Shown here one piece after another: positions 44,070 to 58,390 of a stretch of DNA of 64,000 bases. The DNA is taken from the NCBI GenBank assembly GCA_000165425.1, contig CT868669.1:124001-188000 (forward strand), in the 5' to 3' direction. The stretch's first letter is position 1, and each line of letters starts with the position of its first letter. The stretch comes from Paramecium tetraurelia. Its lineage: Eukaryota. A program made the translations under genes and the position numbers. The notes under the pieces were generated by a model that was given only the letters and a program-made list of their open reading frames with translations, did not search any database and was not told where the DNA came from.

Positions 44070-47000
44070 TCATATACTCCATGTATCTTTCTCTCTTGCA
44101 TCCAATTCAAATCCAAATTGAATGGAGTCAACAACCTTAGGTCCACAAAATATACATTCACTAGCAACAATTTTATCGAACTTTTCTTTTGTTTCTCTCA
44201 ATAATTTCTCTTCATCTGGAGTTAATGTTGATTATGGTCTCTATTCTTATTTTGCTCCTCCGAAGATATTCATTATTTAAAAGAAGGATTACCCATCTGA
44301 TGATAAACTAATCAATTACCTTATTATTTTTTGTTTGCATTCTGAGTAGGATTTGATTTTACTAAAATAGATTACATCGTCATGTCATATGTCTCTATCG
44401 ATGGAATATTTGTTTAATGCTGAGGCAATGATTTAATCTTTGTAACTATACAATCCTATTTATTTTATATAATATTACTTTATGAAATCCATGATTACAT
44501 GGGAAAATATAAAATGTATCATTGAATAGTTGTTTAGCACAATGATCACATTTTTGTTACGTATCAATAATTAAGAACTTATTTTTTGTCATTTTCAATT
44601 CATTCTTTAATTAATCTGAGTTAGCAGATAGCTTTTTCATTTCATCCTTTAATTTTTCAATTTCTTCATTATACTTTTTTAGAGAATTACAAATCTCATC
44701 TTTGAATTGCTCAATCTTGATGTTTTCATTAAAATGAGGCAAAAGATCTTCAATTTTAATTTATTAACTATTTTTTGTAAGTTCAATGACCTTATCAATA
44801 TCTTAATTTTAGGATAACAATCTTTCAGCAATCATCATCCATAATTTCTTCTTTTTCTCATCATCATCCTCTGGTTTTTGAGCATATTCTTTAGCCTTCT
44901 CAATCATACCATAATCTAACGCTAATGTAACTGATTCAGTATAAAGAGACATCATTCCATAAATAGTGATTTGAGCATCTATACAACTTGCCTATTTGAA
45001 TAGTCTTAATGCAAAATCTAAATCAAAATTTACCTTTTCAGTCTTTTTTAATAATGCTTCTTATTCCTACAAATAATAATTAAGTTTGTCTTTCTATAAT
45101 GGTTAAGTTAAGAAGAATATCAAGATATTGTGTATACTTTTATCAGCACAATCTAATTTATTTACTAAATGCTCTAAGAATCTTATTCCAAATTCCCTTT
45201 TTTCTACGGGAATGTTCATAAGACCACCAATAATTTTAGTTTAATCAAATTTCTTAATATTCTTTTATAAAATATCTAATGTTTATTCTGGTTCATGTTT
45301 CATAAGAATGAATGAATATTTTTAGATGATTTCCATTGAACTCTTTTCTTTCACGTTATTCAAATTTTTAATAGCTTCCTTATAGTTTTCTTCATTAATA
45401 TAATGTTAAATGATCATCTCATAATTATTATTTAGTTTAGCATATTCAACACAATTTTGTAATCTGCCATGACTCACCATAATTTAATAAACTATATTCT
45501 AATCCAATTCTAACTTATATGTTTTGAGGAAATGATCTAGATCTTCATTTAATTAGTTTAATTATTATTTCTTCTCTTTAATATCTTTGTCTCTCTAAGC
45601 ATCATTCTCATAATTCCTGGTTTCGTGTATTAACTTCTCTTATTCATTTAATCTATATATCAATAATTCTGCAAGCCATCCCAATACAAGAGTTCTCTCA
45701 ATTTCTCCTTTCAAATTATTGATTAGATGTTTTAGATACTATTCTAATCCAATTCTAGCTTTCATGTCATCGCAATTCAAAAATTTCAGAAATATTTCTT
45801 CAAAGTTTTTTGATGATTTTTAGTAATAGGATGCAGCTTCATTATATCTTTTCTAAGTGAATAGTTGATCTCCACATAAACCAGCAATATATTTGGTATA
45901 TTCTGAATTATACTTGTTCGATATTTCATAAGCTTCAATGTACATTTTTTAATCCATCAACAATTTCCATGCTTCCTTATCTTCATCTTCAGTTTCAATC
46001 TTACAAAATGTCCTTTCAGAATAGATCCAAAAGACTTTGCCATCTCTCTCATATTACATACCCATTATTCTACCCATACCTCTGAGTTCATATTTTTAGA
46101 CTTCCTATTAAGTGATTTTGCTGAAAATGGTCAAAGCATCAGCACTTAAAATAAAGTAATGAAAGTCTGTTAATCCAATTTGAACTGGCATCTCTGAATA
46201 ATTGTTAACTGATTTCAATTGTTTTGCTTATTGTAATATTGATTCATTCAAATCCTTCTCAGGAAGAGTGAATAAATTTAATGATTTGCCATTTGTAAAC
46301 AGAAATGAGTTTTTCCTCTGAGATACAGCCAATAAACTAGTATGATAACGAGATGGCTATGATTCTGCTCTGGCAACACTTTGAGGATCTTTGTATTTAG
46401 TAAATAAAATGCTAAGACTATTTAATCCATAAAAGAAGAACAAACTAAAGTTAGTTGAAACAACAACACAAGCGTATTTATTATTATCATACATCACTGT
46501 GAATTGTTCTATCTGATTGATTTATCTCTCATTTGGAATGGTGACCATCAATTTTGCTTCTTCCTCTCTTACCTCTGCTTGTCTACAATCAATTCTATAT
46601 ATATAGATTTTTGAATCCTTTGTTGCTAGTAACATTTCATGAGTGTCAGTTTCATCGCATTGATCATCCCAACCTATGCATTTGATCTGTTTCCCCCTTA
46701 ATTATTCCATTGATCGGATCTTATCTGATTTGAAATTTATGTAAAAGCTTTCCCCATTGTCTGATACTATCAAAGCATGTGGCCCAAATAAAAATAATTT
46801 CTCCAATATAATGTCTTTCCTTTCATTTTTTTTCCCTCCTAGCAATTTTCCTGTCAAACCACTTTGTTGAGCTTCTGGCAATTCCATCTACACACAATAA
46901 TCATCCTTCTCTGGTCTCCATCGATATATGTTATTTTATCTAGTTATGATGACAAACATATGCGAAGAGATTCCCGCCTGCTTTATTTATTCATTCTTAG

Positions 47001-47164
47001 GAAAATTGGGAATATCGAATGGTTTATTCACAAATAAATCCACTCTTTCTATTTCCTCCTTGTCAAACCCAATATCTTCAGGCTTTTATTTTAACACATA
47101 CTCATACCTGATCCATGTGATCATCGTTGATCCATTGATTGTCATCCATCCTACCTTAATACAT
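44070..47164 (-). CDS. VPS18: Vacuolar protein sorting Vps18/Pep3 (HOPS/CORVET core subunit)
   Basis: LTDFHYFIL, WIYSER, EDKEAWKLL, KKLWMMIA, LKIEDLLPHF, RING CDHC..FYIFPCNHGFHKDC, C-terminal DKIVASECIFCG...DTWSI. Confidence 0.92.
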
Positions 47165-47224
47165 TTTATTTATAATTAATATTATTCAATACTCTTTCAT
47201 GTAACAATAAAACAATATAATCAT

Positions 47225-50200
47225 TCATTATTCATTATTTGGTATTATCACACTCAAACGATAGGACTTTCTAGGAGTCTCCCATTTCCTTACCAAATCA
47301 TTGATTTTTGATTGTTTCTATTTCAAAGTCTTAATAGATCGTTTCTTGTAAATGTTCAACAATTTCAATCTCTACGTTTTGATCTTTTAAAATTTCACAA
47401 TAAACTCATATGGATAGTACATAAATCTAATAAGTTAATTGATAGGCTTCAAAAGCAAAGCATGAAATTTCTGCTCTGTTTATAATATAATGTTTTCGAT
47501 ATTATGATGAACCATGTAAAAACTAAAATTTTTGACAACCTCAAATTACTCAACGCCCTATTATGCTTTAAGTGAAAAGTATAAAATTTAAAGATCCTAT
47601 ACTGATCTATCTAAAGGTATTGAAGCACCTTCATTGAAGATTTTATGGTACAATAATTCAATATTCTAATAAATACAATCCTAAATGTCAATCTTTAATG
47701 ATTCATCAGTATCAATCAAAGCAATTTTTGGATTTTATTAATTACACATCTTTTTGTATTTTGATAGTTTTGCACTCATAAACTTATTGGCAGTAAGCAT
47801 GCATTATTACCTGGTTGACAATTTCAAATTTTAGATTGAATAATTATCACTTGAAGCAATAGAGTCGTTGATATTTATTTACCTCTAAATTGAAATTGCT
47901 TCTCCACTTTACAAAGAGCATCTAGGTAATTAAATAGATTCCTATCTCTTAAAATGAAATGTCTTATTTATTGGAGACTAGTCATTAATATCAGATTTAG
48001 CCTCGTCAAATTCCTATTCTTGAATCAATTATTTTGATAACTAATTCTAAACTAATTTTGGTTATTCATTTTAAAAGTAAATTGCAAATTATTCTATGAT
48101 CTCTCTATCACACCTAGTTGAAAAGGATGTCTTTCCTCTTTTTTTAGATCTCTTATTAAATCTTCTCTGCTAATCTTATGAATATTAATGTCTTTTGATT
48201 ATTAATTCTCTATCAATGCTTATAAATAAGTTTGGACACTCTTTCAAACCATGAGTATTAATATTGCAGGCTGCACAATATTATTCGAATATTAAATTTT
48301 TACTATTAACTTAAAGAATAAATTAATCTTTTAAATTACAATACTTTTAATAATCTTTGGGGTATTATCTAATTACTGTTGTAAAATCAGACTGAAAATA
48401 TTAATTAATAAATTTACCTTGCTTAAAACAAGTAAACTCACATACCCAATTGCTTTAAAAGTTTAGGCATTATCATTTTCTTCGATGAATTCTGAAACTT
48501 CCAAAAACTATCCTTGATTCTAAACACTCTTCAATGAAACATTAAGAACATTTTGATATTGCAATTAACCCTATTCTACAAAGCACAGATGAGGTTAATA
48601 GACATCGCTAAGAGTGTAAATGGAGAATGTATTCTAAGGTTGTATTATTTTTCTTTTAATAAAAGGAGATAGGGAATTTTATAACTCCAAACTGAAATTC
48701 TTAAATAGAAAATCACAATGTTTGAAAAATACATTATTAGCTTATTTTTTTAAATCCTATTTCAATTCTTCAGATAGCTCATTTAATAAGGTTTCTTCTT
48801 ATTACAAATCAATCTCTGCTTCCTCCTTCCATCTAAAAGTCAAATATTCCCTAATTCTGTATTGCAAGGAGAAAGGGATATTCCTTTGATGCATATATCT
48901 ATTGATAACTCTAATCTTTCTGCTTCTTTCCATGAAATGCTGATTGATTTCTTTTATTATTGTTCCAATGGCATTAATACTGTAGGAAAACCATAGACAA
49001 GCACTCAGGATAAAGAATATTGCAACAATTTTTTCATTCCAAGTTTTAGGCACATTATCACCATATCCAATAGTGAGCATGGTGACAATGGCAAAATAGA
49101 AGGCTTCTAAATATTAGAGTTGCCATTATTGATGATCTAATTCTTTCAAGGTAATCCAGGAATTACCGTAATTTAATGAACTATTGAAGAACCATATACA
49201 AGAAAACAAGTGAAGTACATAGATCAAGTAGATTAGCAATTTAAATAAATTGATAAATGCTTTTTATTTTTTTGTGAAATATTGAGATTCTTCGCTTTTC
49301 TATAATGTTTAATTGATTTAAAAGTGCTGCGTAAGTGATATTAAAAGCATTAAATATTAAAATTAATTACCTTAATTATTAATAAAGTAGATTAATAAAA
49401 ATATTAACGCGAAGTCTGACATTGTTTGTAGATTTAGATTATTTTATATTATTTGCCATCTATCATAAACTGCCTATCCACTAGAGTAACAAATGGTATT
49501 CATTCTTAATACGTTGTCAATAATTAAGATAATGATGATAGTAAGAGTGAGGCCCATCAGTTTGTCAAATAAGATTTGTGGATTGTAGGCAATTTCTAAT
49601 GGAATCAATATTAATAGGAGCAACCTAAAAAGAATGGTCCAGTAATCCCAAACGATTTTCTTCAGTGATTCAGGATGTATTTATGGCATTTTGGATAAAA
49701 TTTCATAAATAGTCTTCCTACTTAATTAATATTTTTCTCTTATCCACAGGATGAATGGATGTTCATAGAAGGAGAGTGTATTGTCACGAAACAATTTGGT
49801 CACATTTCGTATTTGAAAATGCGGATGATTGTTTAGCTTAAGAATTTACATCATCACTTAACTAAATAAAATTGATAATACCTGTCACTCGAATTATCGT
49901 TAATTAATTTGATATGATTTTCATTGACAATAGACAACTTAGTTCTGCTGTTTCTGATGCGTTAAATGAATCGTTTCAGATAAAAATATTTCATGAAATT
50001 AGTGCCTGTCTTTTTGGATGTATTTGTTTTCTTATCTTCATCTTGATTGATTAATGGCTTAGTAATGTGTAAAGTATTACTTCACAATTCCTGCGAGTGT
50101 CTATATTTGTTGTTGATTTAATTGTGAAATTATTTGTACTGGGATTTCTAGTTTTTATTCTTGTTACTAAATCTGCCTCCAAATACTCCTTTTCATATTC

Positions 50201-50284
50201 ATTATGATGTTCTGCTTATAATTCAATTTGAAGATTCTCTGGTTATGAATTTAAGGCTGAAAATATTATATTAGTGCCATTCAT
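47225..50284 (-). CDS. Voltage-gated K+ channel with cyclic-nucleotide-binding domain (EAG/CNBD-like) #1
   Basis: IHPESLKKIVWD; YLEAFYFAIVTMLTIGYGDNVPK; C-linker RIREYLTFRWKEE; CNBD. Confidence 0.9.
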
Positions 50285-50300
50285 TTATAAAATTATATAC

Positions 50301-50807
50301 TCACTTAAAATCTCTTTTTTTCATGTCTTTATTCATATCATTATTCTCTTACTCCCTAAACTTTTTCAATTTCTCCTGTTTGATCATCTCATCATACTCC
50401 TCCTACTCTTTTACAGCCTATTAATAGTTGGCTTCGTAATTGGAATTATCGACTTCTTCTGTTTGCTTCTTTGGTTTCTTTAGTGATCTCAAAAATACAG
50501 ATCCCAAGAAGACAGCCAAAACTGAAATATTAGAAATGCTATTACGTCCACTTATCACAAAATAGGGCAATTATTATTTTGTCTCCTTGTCTTGTATGTA
50601 AGGATCTAATTTGGCTTGCAATTTCAATTCTTCATTCTTTACATAATCTAACTTGTTTATTTTGCCATCCCTATAATAATAAGCCTTCCCATTCTCTTCG
50701 TATGTTCCAGATTCTCCAACATTTTTTCTTATCCTTTCCCTATCAGCTTCAGTCTGAATAATTTTATTTAGCTTTTTGCTAAATGCAAACTTATTTAATC
50801 TATTCAT
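50301..50807 (-). CDS. Small single-TM protein, possibly mitochondrial
   Basis: MNRLNKFAFSKKL (basic, presequence-like); TM YFVISGLLAVFLGSVFL after a 24-nt intron; acidic coiled tail. Confidence 0.65.
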
Positions 50808-50911
50808 ATTTATTAAAATTTAAATTCCTTATATTAGAGAAAATATAAACAACCGCGTAATAAGGTCTAATGGTTTTCCTTGCTTTATAATAAATAATAT
50901 AATATTGTAAT

Positions 50912-52157
50912 ATGTTAACATAAATCAAAGAGAAGCCACTTTCATAACTAATAGTAGAGTTGTAACAGAAATATTAAGAAGAGAATGACCAATCGAATAT
51001 ATTCTAGAAACTTTATCAATAATAAGTGGATTTAGAAAGTTCTACAGAATCATCCAATATTGTTCCTGCTCTCTTTTCTGGATCCACAGGTTCTTAGTCC
51101 TCCCACTCACAGGAAGGTATAACACTTCATGTATCAAAGGCGTCGAAAAGAAAATAAAGAAGGCAAGAAAAGGCCAGATTCCTAACAAAACTAATTAGGA
51201 TGATAAAAAGCTTTCGAATGAAACAACAGATAAAAAAACTTTGCAGATGATTCGAAATAGAATATCTGCCTAAAATTCTAGAGATAGGAAGAAGGCCTAC
51301 CTCTAAAAATTAGAAGAGGACTTCAATAAATAATCTAATTGTCTCCAGGAATTAACTGAATAAGTTAGTTATTTACAATAACAATTAGAAGAAGTCTAGA
51401 AGCTCAATTCACATTTACAATCCTAGTAATCTAGTCTAATTTGTATTAATTGTGGATGCAAATAATTTGTCCTTGAAGAAGAAGCTCCAATTTCTATTTC
51501 TAAGAATAGAGGTTTGGGCAAATTAGGATTTTCATTTGTGGTTATATTAACTATTTTTGCTTGTTTCACTATTAACTTCGATACTTCAGCTTAGAATTTA
51601 CAATCCATTCCACAAATGTCTAATGAGAAACCCCTCATAAGACATTTGAATAACACTGATCAACAATATGGAATTTTGGAGTAAGTTCAAAATGGAAGAA
51701 TTAAAGGAATAACAGACCTGATGGAATATATAATCAGAATATAATTATAAATTTTATGATACAACCTATCGTGCCATCTTAAATACGAAAGAAAGTTTTG
51801 TCAATGAAATGATCAATTACAATAAGGAAAAAGCCAAATAAACTAATGTTCAGGCATTGGCCCCATTAAACTATCATAAACCATAAGTAGACTCTTTTTA
51901 TTGTCCAACCGTTTATAGATATGACAACCAAACTAAGGAGTAATATTATTCTATAAGTTAGTAAAATATCAGTCAAATACTAGGATGATTAATGGATTCA
52001 TTTGGTTATTCCAAAGAATAATGTCAACATATTTTATTAAAATCATGATAACTCAATAATATTGAAAGAAAACTTTAAAAATTCAGACACTGATATAAAA
52101 GAAAAGTATCAAGAAATTTGGTGTTAAGTAAAAAGTATAAATGACTTCTATGTTTGA
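50912..52157 (+). CDS. Membrane-tethered bZIP transcription factor (ATF6/CREB3/bZIP28-like); apparent frame break near 51727
   Basis: Basic region MIRNRISAQNSRDRKKAYLQKLE plus leucine zipper; TM LGFSFVVILTIFACFTINF; luminal RHLN; C-terminal IHLVIP...QEIWCQV. Confidence 0.8.
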
Positions 52158-52254
52158 AAAATTAACTCATTAATTTTGTTATATAGTAATGTTAATAATT
52201 TCATTATAAATATTAATATTTTAAAACATTTAGTCAAACCAAGTAAATTTAAGT

Positions 52255-54879
52255 TCAATCCCCTATTTTAACCTACAATAGCTCATTTTTAATGTCTGCA
52301 ATCAGACAATCAATCTCATATTCTTATTAATTGATTTCAAATTTAGCCATCGATAAAGACGTTTATAGATTAACTAATTTTTTTAATTATTAACTTAAAT
52401 TTTGTATTTAATCTCCCATAGCTCCACATTTTTTAATGCTTTCAAGTTTCTGTTTTTGTTTCCTTCTCTCTTCTTACTTTTCATTCTTAGCATTTTCATA
52501 GATTATTTAATGAAATTTGTTGTAAAATATATCAATCTTATTATTCTTAAATTCCTTCTTTTGAAATTTTAAAATATTTCTAATAATATGAATTAATTTT
52601 TTTCTTGAGAGTCTTTCAGTTGATTCTTGTTTACTCTTTAACAGAAAAGCCTTGATTAAGTTTTCATCCTCTCGAACCTTTTCAAAGTTTTTCAATAATT
52701 TTTATCCCACTTTTTTCTAAATTACTTTCTCCCAAGTACAATCTTTGATCCTATTATTTATCAAATTACGAATTATCTTATAATCTGGATCATGTAAGGA
52801 AATTCTCCTAATTTTTGATGATCTTTAAACATAATATCTTATTTTATTTATGGCCTATATGATATAGTTTATATACATTGATAAGCTTCTCTCTAATAAT
52901 TTTATTTCTAGCTTATTTTTATCCTACAATTTAGAGCATTAAATCTTATTAGACACTTGGATACTCTCGTAAATCAATTTTAAATCGTAGTTCCTCGAGA
53001 TGCTAAGTAGATTCTCTTTTCATATTAGATTGATGACCATCATTAATAGCAGATCCTCTCTTCAATTTTTATTGTTTTTCTAGTATGATAAGAGATTTGA
53101 TTACATCTTTTAATTCTTGCTTATTCAATAATAAGTATCTTCCTTCTTTTATACATCTATTGCAACTCAAAAAACTAAGGCGACTCTTTTTCAAGGAATT
53201 AAGAAAAGTTATCAGATGAACACATTAAAACAACACTTTCTTGTATAGCATGAGCACTCCAACGTCTTAAACTGCTTTCAATGCATTCGATTTCTCCAAA
53301 GCAAGTACCTTCCATAACTCTAACTAAGGTTTCCCCATTATTGTCACACAATCTAATGTCTCCTTTAATAAGAAAGAAGAAATCATTTGCACTTTGACCA
53401 ATGTGATAGACAGTTTCATATTTTTAATAGCAGACCAAAGTGCTAAAAGGCAGAATGGACCCTGAGAAATTGATATCATTCGACATGAAGGGAATAGTTC
53501 TCAAAATATCCTTATGGACTGCAGCAACAGTATATAATGCTAATTGATGAGGAAGTTCTGAAATGATTCTTTTAGATTCCTCTGCCCAGAAGGGATTTCT
53601 TTAGATGTTAAACTTCGTAAATCTGATCCAATCATTCTAAATTCTTTCAGACATATTTATAGTAATGTCTTCCAAATTCAACAATTAATCATCAAACTCC
53701 TGATTGGGATTTGATTAGATCAATATAAAAGTAATGTTACCAATAGTGAAGGAATAATAACCAACACCAATTAACATCCAAATTACACTAAGTAGATATT
53801 CATCAAAATTATGAGCCTCAAGATCACCATATCCAATAACTGTAATTGTTTAATAGGCCCAAAAGAATGCATCTATCAATTTAGTGTAATCGTTAGCATT
53901 TTTAATATCTTATCGTTCCATCCAATTTTAATTAACATTAAATTTGCATATCCATATCCAAAGACAGGCGAATAAGTGATTCAAAATGATCATCTCCAAA
54001 AATATTTTCATTAACTTCTTTATTCTTAAATCCAAATTGTACTCATCTCTTACTATTAACTCATCTCTTAGAGACTGTTACTTTTTAAGCAACTCTATTG
54101 ATTGGTTGTATTCAACTCTCCTTTCATAGAAAAAAAACCTTAATAACCGTAATAATTTTATAGGTTTCAAACTGTCTAAATCTAAATCAGGCAATATCGA
54201 TAGTAGATCAATGACGAACCAAGTGGTGATGTAATAATTAGCTATATCCTTCAGATTATGCAATAAATCTAATTGCTTGTTAATGTGGCAAATAATAAAA
54301 TTCATCAATAAATCAACCCAAAAGATCATCTGTAAGATGAATGTCAATTGATGGCCAAATCCCTCTATTATAGCTGTAAAAATGTACTTCATATTCAAAG
54401 GCGACTTGTATTGGATATAGAATGGCAGCTACATCAGTACATAAATTGATTCCCAATCCCCAAACTAAATATACGATATCATCAGGGAAAAATGGAAGGA
54501 AACCTCTCTTGCGATATTAATATTTAGATCTTTAATTCTTTAATTGATATGCATAATTTCGAAGTTAATTTATAAATTTTTGAGCCATCCCAACCTTTTT
54601 AATTATCTTTCTTAATTCTTGGTTTTTGGTCACTCTCGATTCTTGAAGTTGAGACATGGTTAAGCTTGTCATTTAAATACTAAATGTCACAGATTTATCT
54701 TACAAATTTTTTACAGTTTTAGCTCTAATTATTCTTTTAGAGGGTTCGATTTGTTTTAATAAAACACTATTTGATTGTAATATGCCGATCTGAGATCCCA
54801 TGTCAGTTAATTATCTTTGACTGCTCCAATTTTGTTACTGGAACTGTTCTTCCTTTATGCGTAAAGGATAGACTTACAT
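52255..54879 (-). CDS. CNBD-containing K+/cation channel #2
   Basis: WFVIDLLSILP, KLLRLLR (S4), DAFFWAYQTITVIGYGD, C-linker and CNBD. Confidence 0.88.
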
Positions 54880-55032
54880 TTATTTTGTATTAAAGAAAAA
54901 TAATTAGAATAAATGTAAAATAAGTTATCATAATTAAACAATATTTTATTTTAAGAATGGAAGTTAAGTTGTTGTATTTTATTGTTATTTTTGTTTGAGA
55001 AATTAGTGGAAAAATAAGGACATAAAAATACA

Positions 55033-57975
55033 TCAATTTGACCTAGGACTATAGAGGCTTGGTTTTATTTTAGACTTACTAATAATGCTTTAAAGATGAT
55101 CGGATCTTGATACCTTTTTTGGCTTTTTGAGTTTTTATAGAACCTTATCCAGATTGGAGTTAGTGAAGTAATAAGTAGTTATAAAATATCTATCTAATTC
55201 AAAATCAACTCTTTGCTATTTGTTCTCACCTTACTTATGAGAGAGGACCTCATCCAATTAATTAACAACATTACTGGCAACAATTTCCAATTTAGATTAA
55301 GTTTTATATTACATTTCTTAATCAAAGTTTGTAAATGAATTAGAATTATTATTATTCTTTCTTAATCTTTGCACAATTGAGTTTTAGTGAGAACCAGATT
55401 GATTTTGATAATGTTGTTCAGAACTAATTATAGAAATATTAGTGAATCTATTATTGGAGAGTTGGGTTAATCTCTTAAAAGTCCTTTGTCTATTGTCTGC
55501 TTTTCTTTTGAATGAGTTTTATGCTCTTAAATTTTTAGGTTCAGGTTCAGAAACATCAGAAAACTTAACTTTCTTTTGCTCTATGCTTTATAACTGAATA
55601 TAACGAGATGATTTTTGAATTTTGGATTAACTTAATACTCCATCAGGATCTTCACCATTTTCTGAAGATTCACCATCCATTTACTCCAAACCTGTTAATC
55701 CTCTTATTAAGGATTTACTAGATTTTTGAGTCTTTATTGATTTAAGTATTCGTTCACCTTCATCATCATCCATATTAAATCCTAACATATTTAAGTATTG
55801 ATCGGTTAAATCATCAATTGCAACCATATTCTCATTTACAATCAAAGCTAATGCATGTTCCCTTATTATATTTCTTTCATGATTTTTCTTATCGGACCTC
55901 CTTTTATGATATAATCTATCCATATCTTCTGTTATCATAAATTTCTTTCTTATTCTATCCTAATTAAAATGAACAAACACTAATGGACATCTAAATAAAA
56001 TAATCAATTTACTTTTTAAATTAGTGTGTCCATTTACATATGTAACAAACTTCGCCATAGTTTTATTTTTCCTCTGTAAATAACATCTAATCTCTCAACA
56101 TACAATAATTTTCTTCCTCTAATGAATCTTCTCTAATAATCCTTAAAAAATCATCATAACTAGAATATTCTTTTAATTAATTACTTTACAAAGGCAATTT
56201 GACAAAACTTAACCGATCTAATTGTATATTCATATCTTGCTTATGTAATAAACTCCTTTTCTCCAACAAACTTTCCCTTATCTATTTTTGTCAAAGTAGT
56301 TTCCCTTAATTTTTGATCACCTAATGAACTAAGAACATATAGATACATATCAGACTTAATTCACCTCTTTATAGGAAAATTAATTTATTGGCTTATTCAT
56401 TTTAATTAGCAACAATCTCTTCTGGAGGGACTTTAATTTCATGTACATATGAACATAATTTATGCACACTCTTTAAGGATAAAGTCTATCTGATGAGTCT
56501 TGACTTTTTTAGCATTTCACAATACATATCTATTGCGACTTATTCTTTTAATTTCTTATCAAGATTGCTCATCATTTTTTCACCAAATTCATTATACTGT
56601 TATTCCATTTTTAGATAATATTCAAAATATTTTCTAACTTGCAACATCAACTACTTATTTATTTTCTTCTTTTTTAAAAAGCTATTGATATGCATCATTT
56701 ACTATTTAAATTGTTATTCTTTCTCAGTAAATTATTTTAAAATATTGCCAATACTAGATATAGTATAACCAAACAATCCACAAATTACCATTGCCATTAT
56801 TATAACATATATTCTTTCTAGATCTGTCTGAGGAACAATATCACCATAGCCGATAGTCAAAGTTGTTATTGTACTAAAATAAAAGGCATGGATGTATTTA
56901 GTCGACCAATTGGCTTCTGTTATATCTTTGGCAACTAACCAAGAATTTAATCCTGATTCTAATTCATTTTCTCCAATCAGATTCCACAAACAGGCACAAA
57001 AATGGGATACAAAGGAAACTAAGAAAATTGATTTGAATAGTTCTAAAAGTGTTTAAATATTATTTGAAGGATTTGTAACTTCTTCGATTGATTCAATCAT
57101 CGATTTAACTTTTGTCACTCTGAGTAGTAAGATATATTCTGTGTAAGGTACTGAATAGGAAGATAAGATAAATGGTATTACAATCATTAAATCCCAGGCA
57201 AAATTTGTGTTTACATAGTGTTTAAGTATTTATTGCTTATCTCTATGTATTTATCCTTAACTATAATAGGCGGTGAAGAATGTCAAAACTATATCCAATA
57301 CAAATGTCAAAGAAGGCAAGGTTTCCAAGAATATGCTTGTCAATAAATCTTCCCTTTCAAAGTCAAACCCTAATTTCATGGGGATATAGAAAATATTAAT
57401 GATTATTTGGGTTAAAACAAATATATCCCAAAGCACCTTTATGACAGAATCAGGATCAAGTACTGGTACTTAATTTATAAACCATTTAAAAGATTACATT
57501 ACTTATTCAACTTTATTTAATTTGTGAAGTAAAATATCAGCATCACTAGCAGAGTCTGATATCAAATTGAGAATGTTGTTGGTTAAAGATTTGAACTTTA
57601 CTTCTGTTGAATAGGTTTTCATTTGCTTACTAAATTTGGTTATATAAAACATAATCCTTAATCCCCCATGAACCCATAAATTAACTTTTTATTTTGTTTC
57701 AATTTGTAGTATAGCTAAACTGTCATCGTCATCATCAGGATCAGGACTCAAACAATCACCTTTAAAAGACTATTTTTCTGGCTGTTACAATTCGATTTTT
57801 CTATTGGAAGTAAAGTTAGGCTCAAAGGATGCGTCTTCGCTATTGTTATCAGATTGCGGGATGCCATAGTCTTAACGGAATTTCAAAATTCCTTTTACAG
57901 TTTGACTCTTAATAATAAAGCTACTTACTTCCTTTATCGTTATTGCCGTAAAACCGAATCTAACAATTATGACAT
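55033..57975 (-). CDS. CNBD-containing K+ channel #3
   Basis: LDPDSVIKVLWD; YIHAFYFSTITTLTIGYGDIVPQ; KVRKYFEYY; CNBD. Confidence 0.9.
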
Positions 57976-58390
57976 TAAACAAAAAAATATAATATTTACA
58001 ATAATTATGTTTCAAATAAAATAAAACGAAGTTATAGAGGCTTACTAATTATAAAATGCTATTAAAGATATATTATAAATATAAAATTTAATAAACTCCT
58101 TTGGATAAATCTGAAATTTGAAACAATTTGGAACAAACAATGATGTACTTTATTATTTTTTTCTTCAATCAAAATTAATGAAAATGTATTTTATGTAAAG
58201 GCTTAATTAAGATATAAAATTTGTTGTTTCAATTCAAAATAACTATTCGCTTTTCTTAAATCCATTTAAAATCAAAATCACAAGTTGTTTATTGACTTGA
58301 CAATTAGATTATACAGACTTGTCTACAATAATAGTGTTCTTCAATATGCGATTTTCTTGTAGTTTCTATGAATTGAAGATTTATTATTAA

